A stretch of 64,000 bases of DNA from an uncultured Solirubrobacterales bacterium (GTDB taxonomy: Bacteria; Actinomycetota; Thermoleophilia; Solirubrobacterales; Solirubrobacteraceae): the NCBI GenBank assembly GCA_963696615.1, contig CAVOKU010000003.1, forward strand, positions 537,552-601,551, in the 5' to 3' direction. Position numbers and translations under genes: made by a program. The first letter of the stretch is position 1, and every line of letters starts with the position of its first letter. The notes under the pieces were generated by a model. That model saw only the letters and a list, made by a program, of their open reading frames with translations. It was not told the DNA's origin and made no database searches. Shown piece after piece: positions 17,546 to 27,773 of the stretch.

Positions 17546-18135
17546 TGAGTCGCTACGCTCGCCAGGTCACCCACGAGGGACGTTATGGGACCTTCCATCA
17601 CGCGCCGGGCGAAGCTCGAGCGCTCGGCGAGCAAGTGGCGGAACTCGTCGTCTCGCATGACCGTCAGATCTACAGTACGTCCGGTGTCCTTGCCAATTGG
17701 GCGGAGCAGGCGGCGTAGCTCCCTTAGATCAGCGTCGCCAACGACCAGGACATCGATATCGCTGTCCGGTCGGCGGTTGCCGGATGCCCAGGAGCCGTAA
17801 ATCGCCGCAGCATGAACGTCGGGGCGATCGAGGCTTGCGCGCAGTTGGCTCTCCACACCGACTGAGCGTCGCAGCAGCTCGGCGAGCGGTGCGTAGGAGG
17901 CATCATCCGTCGCGGCCGAGAACAGATACGGCCGCGCCCCGTCATCACGACGGATTACGCCTGCTGCCTGCGCCCTAGCCAGCTCACGATGGACTGAGGA
18001 CTGAGGGGCGTCAAGCGCCTCCGCGAGCCCCTGAAGAGTCCAGCGACGCTCGGGCTGCAAAAGCAAGAGCGCGAGCAGTCGCGCCTGCATCTCCGAGCGA
18101 AAGATCGGCAGGAGCGAGGGAGCCGACGTTCGCAT
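17542..18135 (-). CDS. wHTH plus minimal nucleotidyltransferase (MNT), putative antitoxin
   Basis: N-terminal wHTH (LAEALDAPQSSVHRELARA); YGSWASGNRRPDSDIDVLVV (GS-x10-DxD); ATG 18135. Confidence 0.85.
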   Translation of the reverse strand: MRTSAPSLLPIFRSEMQARLLALLLLQPERRWTLQGLAEALDAPQSSVHRELARAQAAGVIRRDDGARPYLFSAATDDASYAPLAELLRRSVGVESQLRASLDRPDVHAAAIYGSWASGNRRPDSDIDVLVVGDADLRELRRLLRPIGKDTGRTVDLTVMRDDEFRHLLAERSSFARRVMEGPITSLVGDLASVATQ

Positions 18136-18664
18136 TACCGAGAAGTATATCCAAGAAAAGCGAAGACATTTGGTTGCGTCTCGGTCCGACGACATGCCTG
18201 CTTTTGGCGACGACCAGGTACGGCGTGATTTGCGCGTCGAGACCCGCATTCGTGTTCCCGCGGGCATGGCGGGCGGGCGCCTTTTCGTGACTGCGTGCGT
18301 CCGGGGAGATCTCAAACTCAGACCGAGACCTGGACTGATCGCCCTCCACCCACGGCGGATTTCATAGGACGGGACGCACGACGAGCATCCCCCGGCTAGA
18401 GACGAGCTGCTCCAAGTCGTCCGCCAAGCGTTGGACGAGTTCGCTCGCCTGTTGCTCGAAGCGATCCACCGAGGCGCAAGCACGGGGCAGCTTAAGGAGG
18501 AAACAACCGGATCCGCGCAGGGAAAGGCCGCGGCAGCCCTCTCGAGGCCTCGGTCAGCTCCGCGGCGCGGTACTTGGGGGCCGATGGCCAGCGGGCGCTC
18601 CGCGGTCATATCCTGCGGGAGCGGCCCGCGACGAAGTTCAGCTGAATTCGATTGGAGGCCCATT

Positions 18665-19282
18665 ATGCGCGGCGACATTGAGGTCGGGGCACGCCTTCCC
18701 GACTATGAACTGCCCGACCAGGACGGCGCCGTGCGCCGTCTGTCGGACCTGCAGGGCTCGAACCCGATGGTGCTCCACCTCTCACGCGGCGGGTTTGACC
18801 CGAAGGAGCATCGTTTCCTTCACCACCTGGTCGACGCATACCTCGACTTCCGGGTCGGGTATACGCGCGTCGCCCTGATCTCGACCGACAACCAGCTCGA
18901 GATCAATGAGTTCCGCGATAGCGTCGGCGCGCAGTTCCCGTTCCTCTCTGACCCGGAGCGAACGGTGCGGAACGATCTCGACATCGTCGAGTACACCGAC
19001 CCCGTCCACGACCCGATGGTCCCGCACACGTTCGTGCTCGCCCCTGGGCTCGAGATCTCCGCGATCTACAACGGCTACTGGTACTGGGGGCGCCCCACGG
19101 TTGAAGAGCTCCACCGCGACTTGCGCGAAGTCATGCGCAATCTACGCCCCGACTTCGATCTGGGCGCACCAGGGCTGCGCGAGGCCTGGGATCGCGGCGA
19201 GCGCGAGCAGTTCCTGGTGACTCCAGTCGAAGGAGAGGCGATTCGCTACACCGAGGGGACTGCGGTGGGAGTGAAGCGATGA
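18665..19282 (+). CDS. AhpC/TSA-like redoxin homolog with no cysteine
   Basis: Aligns by eye along its length with 26448-27050; RGGFDPKE where the paralog has RGNYCPKE. Confidence 0.85.
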   Translation: MRGDIEVGARLPDYELPDQDGAVRRLSDLQGSNPMVLHLSRGGFDPKEHRFLHHLVDAYLDFRVGYTRVALISTDNQLEINEFRDSVGAQFPFLSDPERTVRNDLDIVEYTDPVHDPMVPHTFVLAPGLEISAIYNGYWYWGRPTVEELHRDLREVMRNLRPDFDLGAPGLREAWDRGEREQFLVTPVEGEAIRYTEGTAVGVKR

Positions 19283-19359
19283 GCGATGGTCGGCGTCGTC
19301 ACGACCATCTGAGCGAAGGCCTGACCGAAGAGGTGCCCCCGGCTAGGATCGCGAAGCGA

Positions 19360-19995
19360 TCAGGCCTTACCGGCCAATGACCGTGCCTCTGCAGGGCCGA
19401 CCACGAGGTCGTGAAGATCCCCGCCGACCTCGAGTCGACCCGACTGTTCGATCCCGCCGGCCTTCATCGGTGCGAAGCCGGCTGTTCGGATGAGCCGCTC
19501 GACTTCCTCGCCAGCGCGGTCGTCGTCGGTCACGTAGAAGAGGACCGCCGGCTCCGGTGACCGGTTGCTGGAGGACTCGAAGAGATCGGCCGAGAGGCTT
19601 CCAAACGCCATGGCCAAGTGCGCCCCCGCCGGCAACCACCCGGCTATAACCTCGCCAGAGGATTGCCCTTTCGGCAGTAGACGTGAGACGTTCCCTTGTG
19701 CGTCGATGCCGAGCGGGTTGGTCGGAACAACGACGAGCTTGTCGCCTAGCGGGTCGGCAATTTCGTCTATGACACCCTTCAGCACGGTAAACCGCAGCGC
19801 GAGGACGACGGCATCGGCGCCGCGCAGCGCGTCGCGGTTGTCGACGGCGACGACCGCAGCTCGACCGATCTCGCCAGCCAGCATGCGTGCCGACTCATTG
19901 TCGGCGCTCGAGAGCCGCAGGGTCGCGCCGCCCGAGGCGAGCTGGCGGCAGATGACCGATCCGATCCCCCCAGTGCCGATGATCGCGGTGGTCAT
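19360..19995 (-). CDS. NADPH-dependent F420-reductase-like oxidoreductase
   Basis: TAIIGTGGIG Rossmann motif; VVVPTNPL; AMAFGSL; GDDDR-like/AGFAP region. Confidence 0.85.
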   Translation of the reverse strand: MTTAIIGTGGIGSVICRQLASGGATLRLSSADNESARMLAGEIGRAAVVAVDNRDALRGADAVVLALRFTVLKGVIDEIADPLGDKLVVVPTNPLGIDAQGNVSRLLPKGQSSGEVIAGWLPAGAHLAMAFGSLSADLFESSSNRSPEPAVLFYVTDDDRAGEEVERLIRTAGFAPMKAGGIEQSGRLEVGGDLHDLVVGPAEARSLAGKA

Positions 19996-20156
19996 GCCCT
20001 AAACCTCCGTGTGCGGATCGTGCCGGCGTGGTCTGGCAAGGAACAGTCGGGGAACACGCCGCCTGGTGTGATCTCAGAATGCATGCGCTGGAGGGGCCTC
20101 AGTGGCTGGAGGACTTGCCATCGTCGATGTGTGGGTTTTGCCGGTGATCGCGGCAT

Positions 20157-20618
20157 TCAGTTGGACTCCTCGGCGGGCGTACTCGACAGCCACTGAGGGG
20201 GGGTCCAGTCCCCCTCTGGGTCCGTGGTTTGCCCCACCTCGATCAGATGACCGTCGGGATCGCGGATATAGCAACGGATCTCGTACTGGTGCTGCTTGGG
20301 TGGCGTCACGAATTGAGCCCCCCTACCGCTCCATTCGGCGTAGATGGCCTCGATGTCTTTGACTCGGATATTGAGGAAACTGCTGACCCGGTCGGGATCG
20401 CGTGGCGCCTCCAGGGTGACTGTCGGCTTGTCGTCGGTCGGGCCGCCGCCAACATTGATGATGATACAGCTGTTGGCTAGTGCGACATAGGTCAGCCCTC
20501 CCGGGCCGGAAAAGGCCACCTTGCCGCCGAGCACGTCGGTGTAAAAGCGGCGGGAACGCTCGACATCATCTGAAACGATGAAATGGGCCAAGACGATCTG
20601 CTCGTCGATGTTGCTCAT
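20157..20618 (-). CDS. VOC/glyoxalase-family protein
   Basis: VSDDVERSRRFYTDVLG and YIRDPDGHLIEV motifs. Confidence 0.9.
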   Translation of the reverse strand: MSNIDEQIVLAHFIVSDDVERSRRFYTDVLGGKVAFSGPGGLTYVALANSCIIINVGGGPTDDKPTVTLEAPRDPDRVSSFLNIRVKDIEAIYAEWSGRGAQFVTPPKQHQYEIRCYIRDPDGHLIEVGQTTDPEGDWTPPQWLSSTPAEESN

Positions 20619-20734
20619 GCTGACCTCCGGTGTTGAAATTGACGCCACGGTCGTGCGTTACACTGCGCATAGCGGTCACGATCTCTCGTTCCGAGGAGCG
20701 CGATGGTGTGCGCATTGAGACGCCGGCCTCACGG

Positions 20735-21460
20735 TCAGTGTCCTGCACTTTGGCCGCCGTCGATGTGCAAGACCTCTCCGGTCACGAAAGGCGCCGACTC
20801 GAGATAGAGGACTCCACCGACCACGTCCGCGATCTCGCCCACCCGACCGATGGGGTGCAACGCGCCCATCCCCGCGTAGGAGCTCTCGTCATGTATCGCC
20901 GTTTTGATCACGCCAAGCGACACGGCGTTTACCCGTAGGCCACGCGAGGCGTACTCGATCGCAAGTGATTTGGTGGCCGCAACGAGGCCGCCCTTGGTCA
21001 GGACGGACAGAGCGGCCGGTGTGCTGCTTTCGGCCTGCTCGACGAGCGTCGTGGAGACGTTGAGCACGTGCCCATGGCGCTGGTCGAGCATCTGTTTGAT
21101 CGTGCGCGTCGTCATGTGAAAGAAGCCCGCGAGGTTGACGGCGACCAGGGCGTTGAAGTCCTCGAGGGTGTAATCCGTGAAGGCCTTGCCAATGTAGATC
21201 CCGGCGTTGTTGATCAACGTGTCGATCCGCCCAAAGCGCTCGACCGCCTCCCCGACGACACGCTGAGCCGTCTCAGGGTCGGCGATGTCACCTGCGACGG
21301 TCACGATGCCGGAGTCCTCAGACGGCCCGATCGATAGCGCAGTCGCGATCACGGTGTATCCGAGCTCACGGTATGCCCTCGTTAGGCCCGCGCCAATGCC
21401 CTGCGAGGCGCCGGTGACGATCGCGACCCTCCCATCGTTGCGCTCAGGTGAAGGAATCAT
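20735..21460 (-). CDS. Short-chain dehydrogenase/reductase (SDR)
   Basis: VTGASQGIG, NNAG and RVNAVSLG motifs; catalytic YxxxK appears as LTKGG. Confidence 0.92.
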   Translation of the reverse strand: MIPSPERNDGRVAIVTGASQGIGAGLTRAYRELGYTVIATALSIGPSEDSGIVTVAGDIADPETAQRVVGEAVERFGRIDTLINNAGIYIGKAFTDYTLEDFNALVAVNLAGFFHMTTRTIKQMLDQRHGHVLNVSTTLVEQAESSTPAALSVLTKGGLVAATKSLAIEYASRGLRVNAVSLGVIKTAIHDESSYAGMGALHPIGRVGEIADVVGGVLYLESAPFVTGEVLHIDGGQSAGH

Positions 21461-21930
21461 TCGACGAGGTAGGTCTCGTAGATCACGCCTGCGGGCTGGC
21501 GGCCGCCGACGCTGATGAACACGCCCTTGTTCAGCCAGTCGAGCTGGGGCGCGGCGGTCTCGATCTGGGTTGAGGTGCGGAGCGTGTACTCGCCGGCGTC
21601 GACGTCCTCGCCGCGTCCTAGACGTGCGAGCACCTCGGTGCTGCCGTGCCGGATGCTTGGAGATCGCACGTAGAGCAGATTGCCGTCGTCGGTCTGCAGC
21701 GTGTGGCGGATGTCGCCGAGTGCGGTCCCGTCCGCCAGGAGGATCTGCCAGTCGGCGCTGGCGCCGGGGAGCAGCTTGCCGCTGATCTCGGGTCCAGTGA
21801 ATGCTCCGCCGGTCAGGGGAACGATACGCCGGCGACCTCGCGCGGTGTCGCCGAGATCCAGTGGTCGTGCGAGGGTCGCCTCCAAGCGATAGACCTTGCG
21901 CAGGCGAGGAACTGGAAGTTCGTTGCTCAT
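21457..21930 (-). CDS. DUF3237-family protein
   Basis: GRRRIVPLTGGAFTG, GASADWQ and DWLNKGVFISVG motifs. Confidence 0.88.
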   Translation of the reverse strand: MSNELPVPRLRKVYRLEATLARPLDLGDTARGRRRIVPLTGGAFTGPEISGKLLPGASADWQILLADGTALGDIRHTLQTDDGNLLYVRSPSIRHGSTEVLARLGRGEDVDAGEYTLRTSTQIETAAPQLDWLNKGVFISVGGRQPAGVIYETYLVE

Positions 21931-22357
21931 GGCTGCTCCTGTCAGGGCTTGCCCGTGCCGCGACTGTGTGTCGAGCAAACGGTACGCCGCATTGGACCTG
22001 CCGTCTTCCTGGGGCCAGGCTTCGAGATCTCGGGCTTGATTTCCACTCGGATGAGAGCAAGATGTCTGCCACCCGACGGGAGCGTCCCCGGTCGGAGCAC
22101 TCCCGGGGGGGCGACCAGGAAAGGGCGCGTGCCTATGTCCCCCGTGCAGCGCAGGCTTGAAGCGTCGGTCTTCTGGCTGTCGTCGCTGCCCGCCACGTCC
22201 GGGAGGCGAGACCGCGGCTCCGTGTCTGCGCGCCACCGACGGATTGAGACGAGATGGGCAGCGTCGAGGTGGACAGCGAAAGCGCGACAGGCACGGCACT
22301 GGTAAGGCCGGGGAGTTTGAGCTCGAGGTGGTGGTATTGCGCTGAAAGGAGAGGCTG

Positions 22358-22525
22358 ATTGCCACGACGTATGAGTCCGTGGAAGATCTCGCCGACGCGC
22401 TCAGGCGCGCGGAGGAGGCACACGGCAAACACGAGCAGCGAACGGGCCGGGCGGACCCGGACTGGCCGGACTGGTATGCGCTATTCATGGTGCGTGAGCG
22501 CGCGGGCGAGGAGCTGCCGACATGA
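22358..22525 (+). CDS. 55-aa protein ([55 protein letters not shown]) with a non-canonical start
   Basis: AAGGAG SD followed 6 nt later by ATT; ATGA overlap with the next gene; recognisable AHGxHE...WPDWYA motif. Confidence 0.7.
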   Translation: MATTYESVEDLADALRRAEEAHGKHEQRTGRADPDWPDWYALFMVRERAGEELPT

Positions 22526-23892
22526 GCAGCGACTATGACGTGATCGTGCTTGGCGGCGGCTCGCCGGGCGAGCACTGCGCGGGCGCCCTGGCGGACGGCG
22601 GCCTGCGTGTGGCGGTCGTCGAGCGCGAGCTCGTGGGAGGGGAGTGCTCTTACTGGGCTTGCGTTCCGTCAAAGACGCTGCTGCGGCCGGGCGAGGCGGT
22701 CCATGGGACGCGCGAGGCCGCCGCGAGCGCCGAGGTCGACGTCGAGGCGGCGCTCGCCTGGCGTGACTTCATGGTCTCCAACTACTCCGACGCCGGCCAG
22801 GAGCGCTGGCTGGCCGATCGCGGCATCGACCTGTTGCGCGGCAGCGGCCGGCTCGCCGGCCCGGGGGTCGTCGAGGTCGACGGCGTGCCCCACACCGCAG
22901 ACCACGTGGTGCTCGCAAACGGTGCCGATCCGGTCGTGCCGCCCATAGCAGGCCTTCGCGAACTCGACGGCGTTTGGAGCAACCGCGAGGTGACATCCAT
23001 GAAGGCCATTCCGCGCCGGCTGCTGATCCTCGGTGGCGGGCCGGTCGGCGTGGAGATGGCACAGGCCGTCCATCGACTCGGCGCCGAGACCGTGATCGTC
23101 GAGATGTCCGAGCGCGTGCTCGCGCACGAGCCGGCGCCGCTGGGTGAGGCGCTCGGTGAGGTTCTACGCCGCGAGGGCATTGAGCTGGTGCTTTCTGCCA
23201 ACGCGACCGCCGCACGACGCAAAGGCAAGGACTACGTGCTCGAGATCGACGATGGGCGCGAGCTACGCGGTGACCGGCTGCTCCTCGCCACCGGCCGGCA
23301 TCCACGCGTGCAGGGACTCGGCCTTGAGACCGTCGGCGTCGAGGCAGACGCACACGGAGTTCCGGTCGACGCGCACCTGCGCGCGGCCGAGCACCTGTGG
23401 GCGATCGGCGACGTAAACGGCCTCTGGCCGCTAACCCACGTCGGCAAGTACCAGGGCGAGGTGGTTGCCGCGAACATCCTCGGCGAGCCGCGAAAGGCCG
23501 ACTACGAGGCCGTTCCCCGCGTGGTTTACACGGACCCGCAAGCCGCGGCAGTTGGCGCTGGCGCTGGTCGTTTCAGCGCCATGGTCCCGCTGTCCCAACT
23601 GGCGAAGACCGCCACCTACACACGCGCGTCCGCCGACAGCAACGGCTTCCTAATGCTTCTCAGCGACGGCGACCGGCTGACGGGCGCCTACGCGCTCGGC
23701 CCCGAGGCAGAAGAGTGGCTGCAGCAGGCCACGCTGGCGATCCGCGCCCACGTCCCACTCGACGTTCTCACCGACACGATCCAGCCGTTCCCGACCTTCT
23801 CGGAGATCTATGTCGCCGCGCTGAAGAAGCTCCACAGCGAGATCGCGGCAGCGTCCAAGGCGGTGGGCGCGGGACCGCCGATGGCCAGCTGA
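22522..23892 (+). CDS. Pyridine nucleotide-disulfide oxidoreductase (dihydrolipoamide dehydrogenase/mercuric reductase-like)
   Basis: GGGSPG, redox [26 protein letters not shown] and IQPFPT motifs. Confidence 0.93.
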   Translation: MSSDYDVIVLGGGSPGEHCAGALADGGLRVAVVERELVGGECSYWACVPSKTLLRPGEAVHGTREAAASAEVDVEAALAWRDFMVSNYSDAGQERWLADRGIDLLRGSGRLAGPGVVEVDGVPHTADHVVLANGADPVVPPIAGLRELDGVWSNREVTSMKAIPRRLLILGGGPVGVEMAQAVHRLGAETVIVEMSERVLAHEPAPLGEALGEVLRREGIELVLSANATAARRKGKDYVLEIDDGRELRGDRLLLATGRHPRVQGLGLETVGVEADAHGVPVDAHLRAAEHLWAIGDVNGLWPLTHVGKYQGEVVAANILGEPRKADYEAVPRVVYTDPQAAAVGAGAGRFSAMVPLSQLAKTATYTRASADSNGFLMLLSDGDRLTGAYALGPEAEEWLQQATLAIRAHVPLDVLTDTIQPFPTFSEIYVAALKKLHSEIAAASKAVGAGPPMAS

Positions 23893-23983
23893 GCCGACCC
23901 AGACCTCGACCTCAGTCTCAGGGCAGCATAGGAAGGCCCCAGCGCGAGCGGTTGGACGGCACTCACGAGGATTGTGAAACGCT

Positions 23984-25012
23984 TTGCGAATGCCGTTCGC
24001 CCCCGAGCTATTTTCCGGGCCGGCGCTCGCGCGGCTGGAGGACAAGCGCCAGCGCGAGCTCGTACGCGTCCCCTCCTTCGACGGCTTGATGGCTGCGGAG
24101 CCTGATGCGCTGGTCAAGTCGTTCGCCGTCGTGCCCGAGCTGCACGACCCCATCCGCGGGCGTGTCAAGGGCATACGGGCCTTCGAGGCATTCGCCTCCG
24201 AGATGAGCTCGTGGCTCCGGCAGCACAACTTCTCGGTCGAGGACGTGGGGCACGTCGTCACTGAGCGAAACGGCTTCGAGGAGGTCATTCTCCATTTCGA
24301 CGGCCAGCGCGGACGAGTCGATCTTCCTGTCGCGATCGTGGCCGACTTCCGGTCCGACGGGCGGATCGAAGAGCTGCGGATCTACTTCAGCAACTGGCCG
24401 CTCGCCGGCCACCACGCCCACCGTCCACCGCTCCTGCAACCCGATCCCGAGTTGCGCGAGTCAGACGTCGTGGGCGACTATCAGCGTGCGCTCGCGGCGG
24501 GCGACGTCGACGCGATCGTGGCGGCATTCGAACCGGACGGCTACGCCCGCGAGCCTGCGGGCGGCCGGCATGTCCACAGAGGGCGCGAGGGCTTGCGCTC
24601 GTTCTACGAGCTGCTGTTCTCGAGCGGCGGCGGCATCCCGCTTGAGCATTGTGCAGTGATCGATGACGGGCGCTCGTGCGCGCTGGAGTACAACGTGGTG
24701 CGATGGGGCAAGACGGAGCTACCGCCGCAGGCCGGGGTCGCTGTCTACGTGTGCGGTCAGAGCGGCAAGCTTGCTGCGGCCCGCATCTACGACGACACCG
24801 ACCCCCCGCTCGCTCTCTACGCGAGTAGCGACGGGCCCTCTGTGGCCGCGATGGCCTGGCGGCACCTTGGCGTTGAGGGCGGCCCGCGTGCATACGCGCC
24901 TCAGCCAGAGTTCGGTTCGCGTGCGGCGTCGCCGAGTGCTGCGCCGGTCGCCGACAGCGTGAGCTCCGACGCTCTGCCCTCACTGGCCTGTCGGGCCGGG
25001 GTTGCGAGGTAG
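23984..25012 (+). CDS. Tandem NTF2/SnoaL-like domain protein
   Basis: Two related halves, ending ...LRIYFSNW and ...AARIYDD; start and C-terminal tail uncertain. Confidence 0.75.
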   Translation: MRMPFAPELFSGPALARLEDKRQRELVRVPSFDGLMAAEPDALVKSFAVVPELHDPIRGRVKGIRAFEAFASEMSSWLRQHNFSVEDVGHVVTERNGFEEVILHFDGQRGRVDLPVAIVADFRSDGRIEELRIYFSNWPLAGHHAHRPPLLQPDPELRESDVVGDYQRALAAGDVDAIVAAFEPDGYAREPAGGRHVHRGREGLRSFYELLFSSGGGIPLEHCAVIDDGRSCALEYNVVRWGKTELPPQAGVAVYVCGQSGKLAAARIYDDTDPPLALYASSDGPSVAAMAWRHLGVEGGPRAYAPQPEFGSRAASPSAAPVADSVSSDALPSLACRAGVAR

Positions 25013-25288
25013 GTCCGATGCAGCATCGCTACGTCGCCCAAGCGCTCGCGCGGCGCCAGCGGGAGGAATGATCAAAGCGGTCGTCCCGCTGCCCGCTTCA
25101 CGTCTGGCAGCGCGTTCACGCGCCGGGTTCCAACGGGTGATCCACGGCTGCTACTTGAACAAGATCGGGGTGGCGCGCGCGGGCAGATGCTGCTTCGCCC
25201 CGGCGGTGCGCGAGTCGCTGCGCGTCGACGCGGACGGGGCCCTGGACTGGGAGCGGCTCCGCGAGGCGAAGCCTTGACCTGGGTGGGG

Positions 25289-26248
25289 CTACAAGCGTGA
25301 GACGAGTTCGTTCACGATTTCAGCGGCGGGCTGGGGCTGTTTGGCGAGCGCGACGCTTTGTCCGGCCCACAGCGATAGCGCCTCGATCTCGCCGGTTGTT
25401 CCAACGAGCGGGGGCGCGGGGGAATAGCGAACGATGGGTTCGCCCGAAGCGAAGTGCGCTATGACGTCCCCTTCTCCCGGCCGACGACCCGGCGGCGGCC
25501 GACCCGCGGCCTCCCACCTCTCGGCTGTTGAGTTGTGGACGGCGCGGTGGGGGGCATCCGGCCACCCCACCTCATAGAGGTTGGCGTACCACTCTGCATC
25601 GGTCTCGGTCGCGGCGATCAGTCGGCGCCGGTACTCCTCGTGGATCGGCATCTCGTCGGCCAAGAGAAAGCGGGTGCCCAGCAAGGCGGCCTGTGCGCCG
25701 AGCACGAGCACGGCCGCGACTCCTCGGGCGTCGGCGATCCCGCCGGCCGCGATGACCGGCACCGGTGTCACCGCGTCGACTACTGCTGGCACCAACGGGA
25801 GCGTTGCCACGCCACCCCATACGTGCCCGCCAGCCTCCCAGCCCTGCGCAACGACGATGTCCACTCCACATGCGGCTGCGCGCCGTGCTTCCTCGGCGCT
25901 CCCGACCGTGTGCATCACAAGCCCTCCGGCGTCATGCACCGAGCCGACATAGCCTTCGGGATCGCCCGCGAAGAGCAACACGATCCGCAGACCAGCGGAA
26001 AGTGCCTGATCGAGTCGGTGGTGCTGATCCGGGCGGCTAAGAACGAAGTTGCCGGCAAAGGGCCGGTCGGTGAGTGCTGCCGTTTCGCGAACCAGCTCTC
26101 CGGCGTCATCGGTCCACGCCAGCGCCACGCTGCCGAGAGCGCCGGAGTTGGAGACCGCGGCGGGCAGGCGGGGATCCGCAGATATCGGCGCCTGGACGAT
26201 CGGGTGCTCAATCCCCAGCAACTCGCACACCGGCGTGTGCGTACTCAT
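25289..26248 (-). CDS. Nitronate monooxygenase (NAD(P)H:FMN TIM barrel) family
   Basis: PIVQAP, QGWEAGGH, IAAGGIADARG, LGTRF and WAGQSV motifs. Confidence 0.92.
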   Translation of the reverse strand: MSTHTPVCELLGIEHPIVQAPISADPRLPAAVSNSGALGSVALAWTDDAGELVRETAALTDRPFAGNFVLSRPDQHHRLDQALSAGLRIVLLFAGDPEGYVGSVHDAGGLVMHTVGSAEEARRAAACGVDIVVAQGWEAGGHVWGGVATLPLVPAVVDAVTPVPVIAAGGIADARGVAAVLVLGAQAALLGTRFLLADEMPIHEEYRRRLIAATETDAEWYANLYEVGWPDAPHRAVHNSTAERWEAAGRPPPGRRPGEGDVIAHFASGEPIVRYSPAPPLVGTTGEIEALSLWAGQSVALAKQPQPAAEIVNELVSRL

Positions 26249-26447
26249 TGGGATGGTCCCCTTTCTGGCGTCCGCGGCGCCGGTTGACTAGGCTCAATGT
26301 TGACCCGAAAGCCTCCGCTGGCCCAGGTTACCGCTGGTTCATGCCCGTGCCGCGGACCGGAGTCCGGACCCGTGGACCACCGGGCGTGAGTGGGCGGGAC
26401 GGCGGCCATCGTCCTCGTCACTCCTCAACCATGGACAGGAGCAGATC

Positions 26448-27050
26448 ATGCGCAGCGACATCGTCCCAGGCGGCACGTTCCCCGACTACGAGTTGCCCGA
26501 TCACACCAAAACCGCGCGTCGGCTCAGCGAGCTGCAAGGCGAGGATCCCCTGATCCTGACGCTCGCGCGAGGGAACTATTGCCCCAAGGAGCACCAGCAG
26601 CACCTCGAACTCGCCGCCAACTACCCCAAGATCGCTGTCGCCTACACGCACGTGGCCACGATCGCGACCGACGACGACCACGTGCTCAAAGAGTTCAGGG
26701 CGTCTCTGGGCGCGGAGTGGACGTTCCTGTCTGACCCCGGACGGATCGTCCAGAAGGACCTCGACATCCAGGAGTTCACCGATCCCGAGCACAACCCGAT
26801 GATCCCCCACACGCTCGTGCTGAAGCCCGGCCTGATCATCCACAGCATCTACAACGGTTACTGGTTCTGGGGGCGCCCCTCGTTTGTCGATCTCTGGCAC
26901 GACCTGCGGGCCGCAAGCAGCGAGATCCGCCCCGACTGGGATCTAAGCAAGCCCGGGCTGCACGAAGCATGGGATGCCGGCGACTACTCGCCATTTCACG
27001 GGTGGAACAAGCGCTCCCCCAAGTCGACGCCGTCGTCTTACTCTGCTTAA
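26448..27050 (+). CDS. AhpC/TSA-like redoxin with a single Cys
   Basis: PDYELPD, RGNYCPKE, FLSDPGR and YNGYWFWGRP motifs. Confidence 0.88.
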   Translation: MRSDIVPGGTFPDYELPDHTKTARRLSELQGEDPLILTLARGNYCPKEHQQHLELAANYPKIAVAYTHVATIATDDDHVLKEFRASLGAEWTFLSDPGRIVQKDLDIQEFTDPEHNPMIPHTLVLKPGLIIHSIYNGYWFWGRPSFVDLWHDLRAASSEIRPDWDLSKPGLHEAWDAGDYSPFHGWNKRSPKSTPSSYSA

Positions 27051-27375
27051 CACCGCCCTTGCCACGATGGCTGGCCGCGGGGGCACCCCAGAGGGTGCCC
27101 CGGGGGCGTGCTCGTGCCGGGTCGTCCGTCGTACGGTCCCGATTCCGGCCGCACCGATGCTGACCACCCCGGGTGGGGGGCGCGCACGCCAGACGAAGGA
27201 CGTCGCCGCTCTGCGCGTCGGCTCCTCCAGCTACGACCGCGGTGGTGATCCCCGCGGTGATGAGGTCGCCGCGTCGCCCGATGAGCGTCCCGCTGCCAGC
27301 TAGCGCCGCCAGGCCGAGGGTGTAGAACAGAAGTATCAACCGCACCTTCTGTGGCCGCCGCGGGTGCGACGGCAG

Positions 27376-27642
27376 CTAGTCGATCCGCTCGTCGATCCGG
27401 ACGTGCACCGTGTCGCCCGCCTCCTTGCCGATGGTCTTCCGCAGCGCCACCTTAACCGGGAGCCGGTGTGTGCCGTCGCCCTGCGCCATCAGCGCGCCCG
27501 TAAACGGCTCGCCATCGATCGCACCCCGGATCTTGACAAGCCCGCGGGTACCGAAGAGCTCGCGCACGTCGTCGATCACCACGCACGTCCAGGCACCTGG
27601 GTTGTCGCCCTTCTGAAGTTGGGCGTCGAACTCTCTCAACAT
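27376..27642 (-). CDS. DUF1905-family small protein
   Basis: FGTRGLVKIRGAIDGEPF...LPVKVALRKTIGKEAGDTVHV. Confidence 0.85.
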   Translation of the reverse strand: MLREFDAQLQKGDNPGAWTCVVIDDVRELFGTRGLVKIRGAIDGEPFTGALMAQGDGTHRLPVKVALRKTIGKEAGDTVHVRIDERID

Positions 27643-27773
27643 GACTCTTCAGACTTTGGCACGCAGCCGAACTCACCGCCGAGCGGGCTGCGCGCTCTCG
27701 CTTTCGGTCTGCGACGAGCATCTCGACGTCGTCGACGAGGAACCTGCGGTGCGCGGCAAGCAGAGCGCAGTCC

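Noticed and set aside
18363-18470. Possible 35-aa minus-strand peptide (MDRFEQQASELVQRLADDLEQLVSSRGMLVVRPVL)
   Set aside because: Helical-looking, but no recognisable family, SD or partner; could be a gene remnant; needs tblastn
17542-18678. 378-aa version of the MNT ORF
   Set aside because: The first 180 aa are low-complexity read-through; a TATACT element and the domain start support ATG 18135
18790-18810. Selenocysteine at the redoxin active site
   Set aside because: The codon is GAC (Asp) in an uninterrupted frame, not TGA
21935-22340. Coding or structured element between DUF3237 and the 55-aa gene
   Set aside because: No frame with convincing codon bias or motif; no stable long helix noticed
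25002-25277. 91-aa ORF ending DGALDWERLREAKP
   Set aside because: The C-terminus looks protein-like but the N-terminus does not; no start context; possibly a fragment, unassignable
26836-27345. ORF with a signal-peptide-like start (MRLILLFYTLGLAALAGSG)
   Set aside because: Degenerates into low-complexity sequence and overlaps the redoxin antisense; at best a remnant
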